The notes under the pieces: generated by a model
The model's database searches: none
What the model was told of the DNA's origin: nothing
The model's input: the letters and a program-made list of their open reading frames with translations, nothing else
Position numbers and translations under genes: made by a program
In this document: one piece after another, positions 10,275 through 24,513 of the stretch
Layout of the letters: each line of letters opens with the position of its first letter
Position numbering within the stretch: the stretch's first letter is position 1
Assembly: GCA_030704615.1 (NCBI GenBank)
Contig: CM060733.1
Coordinates: 41,416,001 to 41,480,000 of the forward strand
Source: Takakia lepidozioides
Lineage: Eukaryota; Plantae; Bryophyta
Direction: 5' to 3'
Length of the DNA stretch: 64,000 bases

Positions 10275-13200
10275 CTAACTGGTATCACGAGCAGTAGTCA
10301 TACAGGCCAGCAATTGTTCACACAAGGTCCGTAACTCCAGAGATGCATCCATGTTGGCAACACCAGCCACTGCTGTGCAGGCATCTGTAAGGTAGGGGGC
10401 TATCTCATCCACTAGCCCGTCTTCACTGGCCAATAGGGAGGCCAAGAGCTTGGCCCCTGCAATACGTTCCTGGCATCCATCCAACCCCCACAAGTGCACA
10501 CAAGATTAAATGAACATACACACAGGAGGGGAACTACTCAGGGACAAGAAAGAAAGAAAAAAAGGAACTTTACAACATTGGTAGAGGGCCACGAGAACCC
10601 ATGGACAGGTAGAACAAACTAATAACTACTTCAGATACATCAAATGTCGCCTGAACATGAGTGCATCAAGCAGATAGGCTGAGGCAGAGAGAGAAACTAC
10701 TCATAAGACATAGTTTGCAATAGCCTTGTGGCCATAGACCCCATGCCCAGTTTGGGGGGAACTGAGAGAAAGAGAGAGCTGAGTGCTTCCTTTCCTTTCT
10801 GTTGGAAGTTCTTTTTCTTGGGAAGGTGGTTTGAACGACGACCCTCCTATGGACTATCTGGACTGGAGTGTCAGCCTCCAATCGCAATAAGGAAGGGCAG
10901 GCTCAGTGACTCTGAAGTTGTTACTTTGGCTATCTGAGTTCCAACCAGTCTGGTGTGTCTTGGCATAGTGCAATATCCTCACTGTTTGTTTACGATCCTC
11001 TAAAAGTACATTACCTCTGCTGAACCACGGCCTCGAACAGTGGCAATGGACAAGGAGAAGAGATCAAAGGCATAGGGAAGCACTGCAATGCCCTTGAGAT
11101 GGTAGACAGCTGTGAAGAGCACTTGAAGACAAGACACCCTCAATATTGATTCACCGCCCACCTGTCCAATCCACGAGTTGTAAATTACCGTATGGAAACC
11201 TATCATACCATCAGATTTTTTAGGCTACAATTCTCAGTCATAAAATCTGTCCATCAATCTCTTGACTTTGGGTGACTGACTTCAAATCTCTCATCCCTTC
11301 CTCACCGGGCGAGGAATTGCAGCTGTCAGTGCTGGAATTGACATTGTGATTTCAAGACCAGCTCTTGAATTAGTGCACCATTCCTGCAACCTGTTCAAAC
11401 AACCTGACAATTTTGTACTCCCTGATGGAGCATGGTCCATGACTTGCTCTGAGAACAGGGAATATTTCACCAGGGATTTGTCCTCGAGTCAGTCATGGCA
11501 AAAGATGGCCAGTTAGTAAAGGTTTCTAAAATTTATAAGATAGTGAAACTGAAACACATCTATAATGATTTCTTATAATCTTTGCAAAGTATCTCTCTCT
11601 TCTCTCTCCATACATATATACAACAGAAAACCGAGTCTACAGCCTGCTTATTAGTTTCTGGTTCGAGATGGTACCAGAGAATAAGCCTGAGCATAGGCTA
11701 GAAGAGAGGGTATCATTGTCTTTGCAAAACTGGGACGTGCGTTGCTTGAGATCTTTTGGGAAGCACTGATAAGGACGTTTGCCATACACACACGAAATGC
11801 AGTGGGACTTGCTCCACCCTCACCATCTGTGACATCAGATATACTGTTTGTTATAGCATACCCTTACCATGACAACTAGCAACCCCAGTTACAGGTTGGA
11901 AACAGATCGCCTAGGAAGGAGGGTAGCAAACAAGGGTGGGGATTTGACGACAGGCCCGCCCCAATCCCTCCTACTGTTTTGAATTTCCCCGACCCCACTG
12001 ACCCCACTTTTACAAACTAAATCTCCTAATACTTTGACATTCACTGTTTGCCTGGGGACTAAATGTCGGAAAACAGAAGCTTTGGCACTGGTTTGCTAGA
12101 CATCTCAGCTTGCACTTTTGGAGAAAAACTCAAGCACTCAGAAGTCAACATTTTTGCTCTTTCCTCTTTGTTTCCACCTTCATCACTTCGTTGTCCAGAG
12201 CTCTCTTCATTGTTCCGGTGGCGATCCAGTGTGTCAACCTTTGGACGTGGCAAGAATGGAATTCCGCGCTGCTGACCTGTCAAGCAATCAATCACAGAAG
12301 CAAGAACTGTTCTTTGCATATTGGCTTGTCGCTGGCCTTCTCCTGGTTCCAGTCAATTGCAAAAATGAGATAAGCACATACTCAGAGCCTGTTCCAGATC
12401 ATGGTAAGTCCGCAAGAACTGCATTTCTCTTAGGTGATGATCTTGGGCTTGCATCCAGAATTGCCATAGCACTCATGCACCGGAGACCACAATCCACATA
12501 CAAGCTTAATCCCGCAAATTGTGACTGGTGGTGTCAACTTCCTACTGTGAACTATGACAGCATTGCTTCTGTAGGCCTCTAATACCCTGGATGTAAACAG
12601 AAGAAAAAGAATCAGAGACACGAAGCCAAGTCTTAAAGCATTTCTGTGGAGAAACATGCTATGATCTGGTAACTGCTGTCTCTGTAGTATGTAAAATGAC
12701 TGCTAAACTTTTGAGTTTGGATCCCACACCTTTTGAAGAGTGGCCTTTCTGTTGGGTTTCAGAAACTTCCTCTATAAGCTTAACCGGCCTTTGACATTCA
12801 TACAAGGATGAGGGTGGGGCAGCTGCTGTTCTAGTCCCTCCAAGCTCAGCACATATCATTGCGGCGAAGCAATCAATACAGCCATGCTGCGCCTTTCCTA
12901 TTTCCACAGATACTGCACAAATCCAGCAAAACTTTGCAAAGTTCACTAAAACATTGCAATATCAGCAGAAAAGCACTCTCTGGTAGGGAGACATGACACT
13001 CAACATGTCAAGTGAAAACTTATGCGGGCACCATTGGTTACCTCCAGGCCAGAGAAGGATCTGTGAGAGTGATTGCCGAACTCGTCCCATTAGTGGGTGG
13101 TCAAGGGATTCCTTCCCCCTCATCTGCATCATAATCACCTCTTAAGATCAAACCCTCCAATCCCAAGGTGGGTGTATGCAGTTCAGTTCATGCAGCCAGA

Positions 13201-16200
13201 ATTGTTTGAACTACAGGAGGTCCACCACTGCTAATCATGAGCCAGTTCTCCATTCTTTCATTGTACCTCTATATCTAACTAGACTCCCTCACACTCCTTA
13301 AACCTCTCTGATCCACCAGGGCTACTGCGGCCTTCAGTAGTGCTTATAGAAGGGCATCTTTAGTGGTTTTTCCTGTGGGGTTCAGATTCCCTTAGGCACT
13401 GACTTGGTGAAGCCATTGTCCCTGCAACTGGAAGGACCATGTGTCACAACTTCCTACAAAGGTTCACAGATAACCAAACTTCATCATGTGCTTTGTAGAG
13501 TAATCTCCTTGGAACTTCACTAGCATGTAAAACCATGCAACAGGATTGGAGAATACCAGAAGAGAGGTACACAGAGCAAATAGACACGCCTTCACCATCA
13601 AAACGTCAGTGGTGGTGGTTGCCCTCTCCAACTGCCGTGTCACTAAAGGTAGCATAGCCTGCTTAGATAGCACAAGATAAATTACTTCTCCCAACAAAAT
13701 ACAGTGCCCTCACCAGAAGGAAAAACCTCTAGTACATCCATCATTGGACACATATTTGAAATACAACAAGAAACCACAAGAGCATACCCTGAAGGTGTCT
13801 CACGAGTGCTGACTGAAGGCCTCAGCCAAGGAAGAGAGGCCCCAAAAGAAACTTCATGATGCATGAGAAGCTCAGAGTATTTATGGGAGAGAACACCCAG
13901 ACTACAACAACTACTGGTCAAACAAACAGGCATGCAGTCCATCAGTGCTATTTGCAGGAACCAGAGAGGACAGGCGGTTTCAAAGCTGTTGGGCCTCATG
14001 AAGGTAAGCTGCTAGGCATCGCTGGTCCTTGTGATTGAAGACCGGAACAAAAGATTGTACTCATAAGACGTTGTTTGCCGTAGCCTTGTGGCCATTGACC
14101 CCGCGCCCAGTTTGAGCGGGAACAAAAGGAACAGAACCTACCTCTGTCAGGGGCTGACATTGGTAGTAAGACTTACCTTCATATAAAGAATTAATCTGGG
14201 TTTTCCAGATATCCTCTAGAAATCCCTTCACACAAGCATCAATCTGCTGTGTGTGATTTGCCCAAAAACTAGGCCTCAGGAGGGCCTGGGCTTTTGGCTC
14301 AGCCTCGAGACTTTCAAAGTTGGTAAACAGGGGTACAGGCACAATTCCCTTGATAGAGTTGAAGAGAGCGTCTCTTTGGTGAGAGAACCTCGGACAGTGT
14401 ATCAGAAAATGAATACTGTCTTCAAATTGCCCACACAACGGGCAATTGCACTCTCCCTTTCCTCTCTGCTTCTGTTTGCTGTTCAGACCGGAACAAAAGA
14501 AATGGAACGAAATGAATTTCTATTAACAAGGTTTTTCCAGAGATTTTGACACAGTGAGAAACAAATGAAATGAAATGGTGCTTTATAACGTCCGCGGAAA
14601 GCTCGTAGAGCTTATGGGACAAAATGGAAGAAAACATGAGAGAGGAACAAATCCAGAAACCACAATTAATGTTCTAGCGATTGTCTAAGGGTGAAGGCCT
14701 CGTGTAGGTAGGCTGCCACGCATTTTTGATCCTCATAGTGAAAGACATCAGTGAGAGTTTGGGTTCCACTGAATAAACAGTGAAATCTCCCACGGATCTC
14801 GTAGTATAGAGGGCAGTAGAAGAAGAAGTGTTCTTCAGTTTCAATTTCCTTGCTGCGCCCTATGCAAGCTGGACATAGGCGGTCCTCCCGTTGCAGGTTT
14901 TCCCATCTGCCAGTCTCTATCCGTAGGTTGTGGGAACCCACCCTGAACCGCCCCAATGCCCTCAAGAGGGAAGGAGATAAGGGTGCTGAAAGGTAATTTG
15001 GTCTCAAGATTCTATCATCGCGGAGCACCAAGAATGTCTCTCGATAGAAGTGGAGCTTTGTCGTGAGATTGGGTAGCATCCAAGTTCTCTTGACATGTAA
15101 TTCCATAAGCTCTCTCCGAATGAGTCTGTTGCGGTCATGTCTGGATGTGATGTCCACCTCATCTGGGTTCATTGGTAATAGGAAAGCAGTAGAAAGTCCG
15201 TTACGTTGAAATAAACTGTCCACTCGAGCATACCAGGAGTTCCTGAAACCTGCAGCTTTGAGCCTCATAGATGTTGTGAGGGCCCTTGCCACTAGCCCTT
15301 TGGGTGGAAGGGCCTGCAATCTATGGAGAAAGATTGTAAGCCTGAAGAGGGCCTCGGATTGCAATGGTACACATGCGAACTCTGCACCTAGGATCTGAGA
15401 TGGAGTTGTGCTCCTGGCGCCAAGCATTGCTTGGAGAAAAGATGACTGTAATGGTTCCAAGAAACAAAGAAACAACGAAATTTATTCCGTCCACTGGGGA
15501 CTTCAAAGGCCCATGGGATACAGTGAAATACCACAGTAGAAATAGATGCAAGAGAGATATTACACGTCAGACATGAAAGGGCCCAAGCTACACACTAGAG
15601 AGAAAGAGACAGAAGTTTGATCTGGATTATATTGAGCACACAATTGCACTATCACACTTCGAGGGATTCCAGGTTTATCCCTAGCCCCAAGAGAAGGAAA
15701 GAAACCAAATGCCAACCAAGACATGAAGAATAAAGTTATGAAGCAAAGAAATTATGTTTACATTTGGGAGAAGGCGTCCGCTGAGTTCGGCAGCAACTTT
15801 GCGAACGTCTTCAAATTCGGAAAGTCCACACATCCTGCAGGAAGCAACATAATTCATTAGAATTAGGGAAAGTCAGCATTTGCCAGAGGCCCAACAAGAC
15901 ATTGCTGGATGGATACCCACAAAATATGACAAAACAACCTCCCAGCCCTTCTGCACATATTTATTAAAAGAAAAGAAACAGTGCATGTCTTACAAACCCA
16001 CTAAGTGGTTCCAAAAATACTTGATATAAAGGTAGTAAAACGAATTTCAGTACCACTAAATTCCACACTTGAAGTCAAGCTGTGCACCTTTCTATCAATA
16101 AGGTTGTTATGCACTTAGATCTATCTGATATTTCGATGATGTCTGTACTCCACAGTTGTACCTCAGTGTTGTTCTTGGCCAATCCTGCGAGTCAAGTGAA

Positions 16201-19200
16201 AACACACAGCTGCCTGATCAACATCTCCACAAATTCCTAACATAGTGCATGAGGTGCAAAACCAACTGCACTACTGGTTTCTAAGACAATATAGTTAGAG
16301 TTGTCTTTAGTTGGCTCAAAGAAATGAAGGAGCACAAGATTCACTGTAAAGCCAACATCCCCAAAAACACCCCGATCACACTGGAAATGGCCAGAAATAA
16401 TGACCACTTGACATGAGCCAATTGGCCCAAAGATTAAGGCATGATTTATTAGGCTCCAGCTGGCGTCTTTGTGGCAGTAATGAGACAACAACGTAAAATA
16501 AGGAACTTCTCGTTCAACGTGTTTCGAGGAACAAGGGAAGTCTGGAAAGTAATTGTCAAGACCTAAAAACGACTGTGTGTTGCCTAGTAACCCGTTGTAA
16601 AGTTCCAGGCATTCAGTGTCATCAAAGGCCTTCAATGGAAGCACTCTAAGAACGAGCATCGGACTCAGTCGCTGGAAAAGCTCCCGGCTGAGTTCGTCTT
16701 CATCCTCCCTCAACTTGAGAAGCAAGTCTTCTGTCATTCTGTATGCCACATGAATCTCAAGACTGACCTCAAGTCTGGTACAGGTAGGTTAGCATAGCTT
16801 GAAATAAAAGCAGAACAAGATGCCAACTGTTTTTCAGTGCACCTGTTTTACCCACAAGTTCAGGGTTTCCAAAACTCCCACTCTGAGTCACCAATTTGCA
16901 GGTCAGGTATCTGCCATCAGCTTCCAGTGGTATTGAGAACATAAGCAGATCCAGGAGTCCATTCAGAGATACATGCATGGCATCATTTGCATGCCAGCCA
17001 TAGACCCACACCTCGTAGGCAGAAACACATGGAAGGGGGCTAAAGTGTGGGAGGGACAAGAGGACGGCAGAATAGGTGAATTACCATCCATCAAGGAGAT
17101 CTGAGGCAGACAACAAAGCTAAGTCTAGCATCTCAGATTTCCTCCAGGAAGCTATTTAACTGTGTCTATCGAATGATGGAAGGGCTTTAAATCATTTTGG
17201 ACAGACTAACTATCCAAACACAGAGACACTCACAGTGCCTGTTTGTCCATGCGCTGGAGGACATGAGGGAGGACAAGGTGTGCCATGTCACTGAGCTGGC
17301 TGCTGATGTGGCTGAAAAACCGAGGTATCACAGGATTTGAGGCCTCTGCATACATCTTGTCTAGAAGCAACCCAACCAAAGGCTCCCAGTCTTGAACCTG
17401 CCGCACATGGCATAGCTTTGATTAGACCCCTGGAACTTCTACTGCACGACAGCTCAATGCAAGACTTTCTTATTTGATCTCGCCACACTCATGGTACACA
17501 TTAAAAAGAGGTTCTGCAGCTGGTGCACTATGGAAACTCAAACACATACATCCTCTGGCATGGACTGACAGATTAGAAAATACCATCTAACTGGCGAGGT
17601 CAAGCACCCACTGCTGCAAACCAGACAATGAAATATCCTCCGCTATGAGAAGCTAGAAAATGAATGTTATCCAAGCATTACCCACCAAAATCTCTCCAGA
17701 GATAATTTAACCTTTTAGTACTACACAGCACCATCTTATCTAGAAACGTGAACCTGAGGCACTGATGCATGTTCAATTCCCAAGTACTATTTACCATGGA
17801 AGCCCAGTCTGGGACAAGACGTAAGACTCGGTCGACATCCACAGGAGCTCCTGTTACATATTGGTATTCTCAGTTCAAGTCTCATCCAACACTTTGGGGA
17901 AAATATAAATAAAGGGAAGTGCATCACTGTACGAAGCCCCTGTAGTCAAGTGTAATAAACTCTTGGAAGGTCAATCACTGTAGTTGACATAAAATAAAGT
18001 TCATATCCGATGGGTACGAAAACCTCTAACCACTTATAGATCTAAGACATTCCTCTTGAGAGATTAAAAAACTCCAGAAAGACAATGCAGAATTAGGAGC
18101 AACTTTCAGAGTAAGTGCAAATTGCAATTTCAGCACACTCAGGCCAGCCACATTGGGAGCATTAATGAAGGTTATTCAAGATCGTATCGTCTAGACTCTC
18201 CACCAATCCAATATAATAATCAAGTGTCACGTTTGAGTGGAAAGAAACACCTTGAAGCCACTTTGGAGTTTTGTACCTGATTTTGTTGGTCCGGAAGCTG
18301 AAACCTTGGGTCCACTCTGGTCCACATTCTCTGGAACATGAATCTTTCCTTCCACCATGTCACTAGAACAGTGAAAGCATTCTGTGAGGAAAAGCGTCGT
18401 CTTCTCTTGGCTACATTACATGTTTTCCTATACTTGTTGCTCACACTTAAGACGATGGCTATCTTTATGTAGAAATATGCAACAGCTCTCAATCAGGAGG
18501 GTAAGAAAGCATGTGTGAGGTGTTGTTCACCATAATCACTATTAGCTGCTAAGGAAACCTCATTTTTAGGTAAGTCACCCCAAAAACATAAAAAACTCGG
18601 AGGTAGGATATTTCACTTTTAATGGCGTCAAATAACGAAAAATTTTACACACCGAATGCAGTCCAGTAGCACAGTGATAGTATGGCCTTGGTCTGAGTGG
18701 CCCTTTAGCACTGCCCCCACAGCTGAGCTTGCAGCTGACCGCACTCGAGTGTCTGATGAATAAATTAGACGTACTAGTGCTGGGAGTGTAAAAACAGGAG
18801 CTGGGGTTCATACACCATACAAGCAGAAAGTTTTGTCAGTACATCCCATGACAAGGAAGATTGGAAAGAGTGTTTGAAGTCATTTTTCCCCTCTTGATTC
18901 ATTCTGACCTGCAGTACAAGGTATGAAGGCCCTGAAGTAAGAAGCACACCTCCACATCATGTCCCAAGTCACTCAAACTACAGCTTGCAAGGTCAAACTG
19001 AAGTACCAAGCTTAGCAAAGAGTGACGAAGCTTCCATGCGATTCGTCAGCTCCTCATCCCCAAGTCGAGCAAACAGATGCTTTGCTATGGTACAACTGCA
19101 TGGAGACACCAGATTACACCAAGCCGCATTTAGGATCCTATACACCGACCTCTTCCAAAATCATGGGCAATGGACAAGAGCCCACGACACCTTCCACTCA

Positions 19201-22200
19201 AACAGACTCTGATTGCCAACTGAAGAAGTAAAAGGAGAGGTAGGCCCATAGTGAGTGAGACCTCAAAGTTGAGTCAACCGTGTACATAGATCGGGTGCTA
19301 AGGGACAACAGCTCTGTCAGCACATCAAGGGCATTTCTCCTCTGCACGGATTGATTGGAATCGAGGCGCGCAAATAATTTTTCCAGTTCTGGCGATTCCG
19401 GATTTCTTAAACCCAGTCAAAGTAACAATGTGGTGCAACCAGCCCTTGGCACTCTGACAGAGAGAATGGCTCCCTGAAGGAGATTTGTAGAAAGAAAACA
19501 GATTGAAAGAGACATTATGCAAATGATCAGATTTTTAAAAGTCTTCTGGTAACCACATGCTTATCCTTGGTTTATGAACCTTTCTTAATTGACCTTTACC
19601 ACTCCAGATAATTTCTTCATTAGTCACCATCCACCGACACAAGATCACAAGAGTTATTAGGTGTCAGGACTCAAAAACCAGCCACAGATTTCATCATGTT
19701 ATGACATGACTTTGATACCGTTGCCTATAGCCATACCAGGCATGCTAGGGACGCCCATTTGATATCAGAAAAACTACTAGGGTACAAAACAGAGAAAAGA
19801 GAAAGGATACTCAGCAAAGAACTCAGCAACAAGAAGCACCACAGCTCTGGCTGTCGAATCTCTGGCATCCAACATGTCCATCAGCATGGGCACTATTTCC
19901 TCAATGCGAGAGGACATAGGTGGCACTATACTGTTGGCCTGCAGTGCGGTCGTCATAGGCCGAAACAACAATGCTCGCAAGACTGCCACTGCAAGGTCTA
20001 CATTCTCATTGTCTCCCACACGCAGCTGTTTACAGACGTTAAAGAAAGAGTTAGGAATCACTTCAGAAAAAGTGAGGGATGGGAGACAGGTAGAACAAAC
20101 AACAAGGGCGGCTACCTCATCCAACAGAGCCTGAAGAAGCTGTGCTTCAAACCCCTCCAAGGCTGTATCAAGGCGGCGGGGTTCAAGGCGCCCTAGCACC
20201 AAAGCCAGGCAGGTTAATGCATAGCCACGCATCTCATCAGCTCTCCTGGAGACTGTTGGCCCCATCTCCTGGGCTTCCCGCATCCAGTACTGTCCAAACC
20301 AAAGGAATTGTTAATCTTCTTAACAGAACACAGAAGCCACAGATCTTTAATCGATCTGATCAGTCACTTGCTGAGTTACGCTTGCATACACCACTTAAGA
20401 CGGAAGTGTTATTTCTCATTCTAACAATGTTGAATGTGCGTCATGGTACAAGACATTTTGTGTCCAGCGACTAACCTGAAGGCCTCCCAGCCAATGTTCA
20501 ATTATAGGCTGTGGGTTGGAAGATAGAGTGTGATCCTCCACAAGCATCAAGCTACTGTAATGTCGCCAGCATGCCGCCAACACAGCAACCCCCACTGCCA
20601 CATCAGACTCCCCTGCATTGGCAGAACAAAAGTGGCTCTAAAAACACTGAGGAACCTTTCAAAAGACGAGTTTTGCACTGTCAGAACATCTACAATCTAC
20701 TTCTATCCCTCCCATTTGTAAATATAGTACAGACTTCATGCAACATCCCAAGAACACTTTACTACAGGGACAATCATCACTGCTTCAACAAATTCACATG
20801 TCCTGGACCAATGGCCTGGCAACAGCCCTGAGATGAGGGCAACTTGAGGCTACCCACAGGAGAAATGGACTATTAGGTCGTAAGTATCAGTTTAGCAGTA
20901 ATACTTTGTAGGTATTATCAACCCCCAAATTCTACTTGAATTGCCACTCACGTAAGCGTATAGAAGCACAGGTCAACCCAACCTTGAAGCATGGCAACTA
21001 TCACCCCACCATATAAAGACTGCATGACTAGATCATTTCAATACAGTAGTGCCATGAGTGGCTTCACTGCTGCAAGCCTAAAACACTGTGATCTCAGATA
21101 TGGGACTTATCAACTGATGTTCTGCTGCAGTAGTTTACAATGCACCAGAGTTCAGAATAAGCGTACTTTACCTCCACCCTGAGCCTGCAAAGAGTCACGA
21201 AAATTTGTCAGTAATCGCAAGCGCATCAGAGCTTGCTGCAGCCCTCGTGCATGCAAGGGCCGGCCTTCCTCATTCCACTGCATACAACATGTATCAATAG
21301 AACACATTGCTTATTGGTGCATACAAGTTCTCATCTATGTCCCCAGAACCAGTTTATGGACAGCAACGAAACAACTGGTTCTTTTTACTGGGTATAACCT
21401 GACACACACACGTCTGTAGCTGGGCCTGGAAATACCAACTGTCAAGGAAGATCCAAATTCTAAAACAGTACAGAAAAATGTACGTGCTTGAAAAAATCTA
21501 TATACAGACATATATACTCACCTCATAAAGCTCTGTAACAAGTAAAATGACATGGTCCAGGTTATCCCAAAGCGCCCTTTCATATCCAACCTGTGGCTGA
21601 CTCCCTGTTTTAAGTCAAAAAAAGGTACAGAACTTTCTGAGAAGAGTGCAAGCCTGGCAGCTTAATCCTAACACTTCACTATCAAGGTTAAGAGAATGAT
21701 GACAAACATCCTTCATGGCTTACAATGCATGCAGCATCTGTATGTAAAGACCCTTCAGAACCAGAAAAAAAAAAAAATCCACTCTTGAGTGGAAAACCTG
21801 AAGTGCTAGTCCCATCCTCATCCTCGCTGGTGTGGGAGACTATGTTTGTAAAAGCTCTTGACTGGTCAGGCTCAAAAGAGCTGGAACCAGTTGGTGTAAT
21901 AAGAGGCTTATCCTCCTGATGGCCTGAACCTTTGCTCAGCTTCTTCACCCTCTTGTACTCAGAAGGACGTCCTGTCGCCAGGTACTTAGTAATCACTAAG
22001 ACACAGTCAGCAGCGGCTATGGTAAGGCGCGTGGGAGCCCTTGGCTTGCCTTCTTTCACACTGCTGGTACCAACAACACAAAAGGCTACCTTGGCTCAGT
22101 TTAATTCAAGACAATATGAATATTGAGATGTGAATACAAACACCCCACCATGAGTCCAATGGTTGAGCTGACCCATTCCTAGTACAGGTTGAAAAATCCA

Positions 22201-23839
22201 GCTGGGTCTAATCATATAGGGTGAAGAAGGGACTGGCACCCTTGCATTAACATGCTCTCACCCTACTACCAGGTCAAGAAAATCATGTACCTAGCACTGC
22301 AGACAATTTGTACCAAGGGAGGCACACAGGCCACGAAGCTCATGAAAGCTGGAGAGGGATGAGAGAGCTCCTCATCTATTTGCCCTGAACATTCACGTCC
22401 AAGATGCACCTCAGTGGACACGACCAGTTACCAACTGCAACAGAAACAAACAGATCGTTCTTGATCCCCCCCAAGATCTTCTCCACTTGGCATTGTGATA
22501 ACCGGGGAGAGGCATGAATCATAGAGAACATCAAAGACTTCAAACAGGTATGAACCAAGTTTCCATTCCAGCCTAAACATGATATGTTATGCACACAATA
22601 ACAGCACATTATTAGAGTCTTAGGCCACAGACCCACTGAAGAAGCTTCAGAAAAGAGAGATCCTTTCTCCACCAGCTCGCGCACAACTAAACACAAGCCC
22701 AACTTCACCCGGTGGTCCCACTGAGAGGTTGCAGCAATAGCTGCCCAGCTCTTCGCCAGAGCCCCCCCCACCTCCCTTTTCTTCAAAAGCCAGTGCATAA
22801 GGGCGAAGACTTTCCTGCGATTGCTCTGGTCTTTCGACTTCACAACCTGCCCAATTTGTGTGAATGATTGGAGTCAAAACAACATTCACAACCAACCAAA
22901 AATAAATCTTGAAGAAAAGGTGGACACAAAAATTGCCCAAGGAGGATCCCGTGTTCCAGTTTACTGCTTCCTTGTACTCTGAGGACCAACATACTACAAA
23001 AGGCAGCAGCCATTGTGATCACGGGCTTTACCTAGGGAGAAATTAGTAAACTGTTGGTGAGAACAGAACAAGAACTGTTCCTCAAGGCATCTATTTGAAA
23101 TAAAAGGCGATGTAGAGACCCTGCACAGATCTCCACACTCAGATATGGGCTTGAGTAGAAGAATATAGGACTCCTAAGATTTGATCCACCCTCAAACCAA
23201 AATTTCAAGCAGGTCTCCAATCAGACATAAAGACAGGGTTATGTCTGAATGTACAGAAGCAGCTAATGCTAAACCCAACTGTGAAGTTCAGACACAGCAT
23301 ACATGCTCCAGCAGAGGAACAGATATCTGGTCTAGCAATGTTCCACTTCGCAAGCCCTTCTCCACGTGATGAAGCAGTGCGGCCACGGCCCGCCCTACTG
23401 ACCCTGCTATGTCAACCAAGGGAGTGGCTCTGTCATGAGAAGGTTAACAAAGACCATCGCTTGCTGGACTTGACCTAGATTTGCTTCAGACTTATGGATG
23501 GTCGGATGTACCCCCACCTCCTAGGCTCCTCCCAGTTCCTCAAGTTCACAAACTAAATTGGCATCCAAGGAAAAAGGGCTGAGCTACACTTGTCAAGACA
23601 ACGGCTCTAAACTTTGGGTTTTGGACAAAACTGCTAACAACCTCGACGGTATTGACAAGATAAAAGCTCTGACCTTGTTGTGACTGCAGAGTATCTGAAG
23701 ACAAAATTTTCTCTATTTTCCGACTCTCTGCAGCGAAGAGAGTACTGAGCACGCGACCCAATGGTGGCACTGGATCCTGTCTGTTTGTCTCCCATAACAG
23801 CCGAGTCTCATCATCGCTTGCTCTCGTTGATGGAAACAT
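10275..23839 (-). CDS. Multi-exon ARM/HEAT-repeat protein of unknown function, At3g57570-like
   Basis: Collinear exons include LLWETNRQDPVPPLGRVLSTL (~23700-23839), HWLL...VKLGLCLVVRELVE (~22650-22845), PTRLTIAAADCVLVITKYL (~22000), WDNLDHV, WNEEGRPLHARGL, CWRHYSSLMLVED, TCLALVLGRL, LFQRLSPMLVLRVLP, KACLFALCTSL, RVSCLQVLFTAVYHLK and the last exon ERIAGAKLLASLLASED...LCEQLLACM. The full exon set was not resolved. Confidence 0.85.
10697..10763 (-). mobile_element. Very short 3' tip of LINE family A in the last intron of the ARM gene
   Basis: ctactcataagac...tagccttgtggccat..accccatgcccagttt matches the 3' ends at 6320-6376 and 14055-14115. Flanked by a gagagaaa direct repeat. Confidence 0.75.
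14055..14484 (-). mobile_element. 5'-truncated LINE (family A) with a 16-bp TSD
   Basis: Encodes the ORF2 C-terminal zinc knuckle CPLCGQFEDSIHFLIHCP. TSD agaccggaacaaaaga at 14039-14054 and 14485-14500. Confidence 0.9.
14566..15459 (-). mobile_element. 5'-truncated LINE (family B, RTE/RTEX-like) with a (CATTT)n tail
   Basis: ORF 14666-15475 contains RFRVGSHNLRIETGRW...RLCPAC...ETEEHFFFYCPLY, followed by a short 3' UTR and a catttcatttcattt tail. Possible TSD agaaacaaa. Confidence 0.88.
19406..19810 (-). other. Probable U12-type (minor spliceosome) GT-AG intron in the ARM gene
   Basis: 5' splice site GTATCCTTTC. Branch-like ACTTTGAC ~10 nt upstream of the AG, with no pyrimidine tract. Removal gives the in-frame junction AEFFAE-NPESPELEKLFARLDS. 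Confidence 0.75.
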
Positions 23840-24513
23840 CTTCTATGGCCTGTGAAAAAAACCATTCGAACACTGAGCACAATCAGAACCAAAAACAAAG
23901 CATACTGTACTGACCACCCTGTAGATGCGAACAATTTGCGACAATAGTGATAAACAAATGCCCCAAGGACCCGATCTTCCACATTGTATATCTGGCTTCC
24001 ACAAAGCCTGCCAGTTTCTAGGATGAGATGAACCTGGAAACAACAAAATTCCGCACATACAGGGTTCAGGGTTTAAGGTTCGAATTGCCGCAGAGTCCCC
24101 CTGGGAGCCAATTCAGGAGAAGAAAAGACGAAAAATCCGGGGAAGTCTTACCGCTCCAATCTCGGTGTGAAGCAAGGAACATAATCAACGCCAGAGACTC
24201 AAACCACCCAGACAACAAATCAAAGCTCCTAGAAATCTCGTCGGTATCATAGTTCTCGATCGAAGTTGTTATGCAGAGGATCAAAACTGGGCGTTTTTCA
24301 CCCCTTATTTCGTCGGCGCTTCTTTGAAAAGGCAGAGTGAAGATGGCAAAACCAAGTTTGCTGTGCACCCACTTTTGCGGAGAAGAGTTACATCAAATTT
24401 GTGAGAAGTCAGTGACAATATAGGAAGCATCAGTCTGGAAGTGATCGCGTGTAATCCACGACTGTGGTTGTGTGATTCAGGTGTAAAGCACAGGTGTTCG
24501 GAGCAGACAAGAC

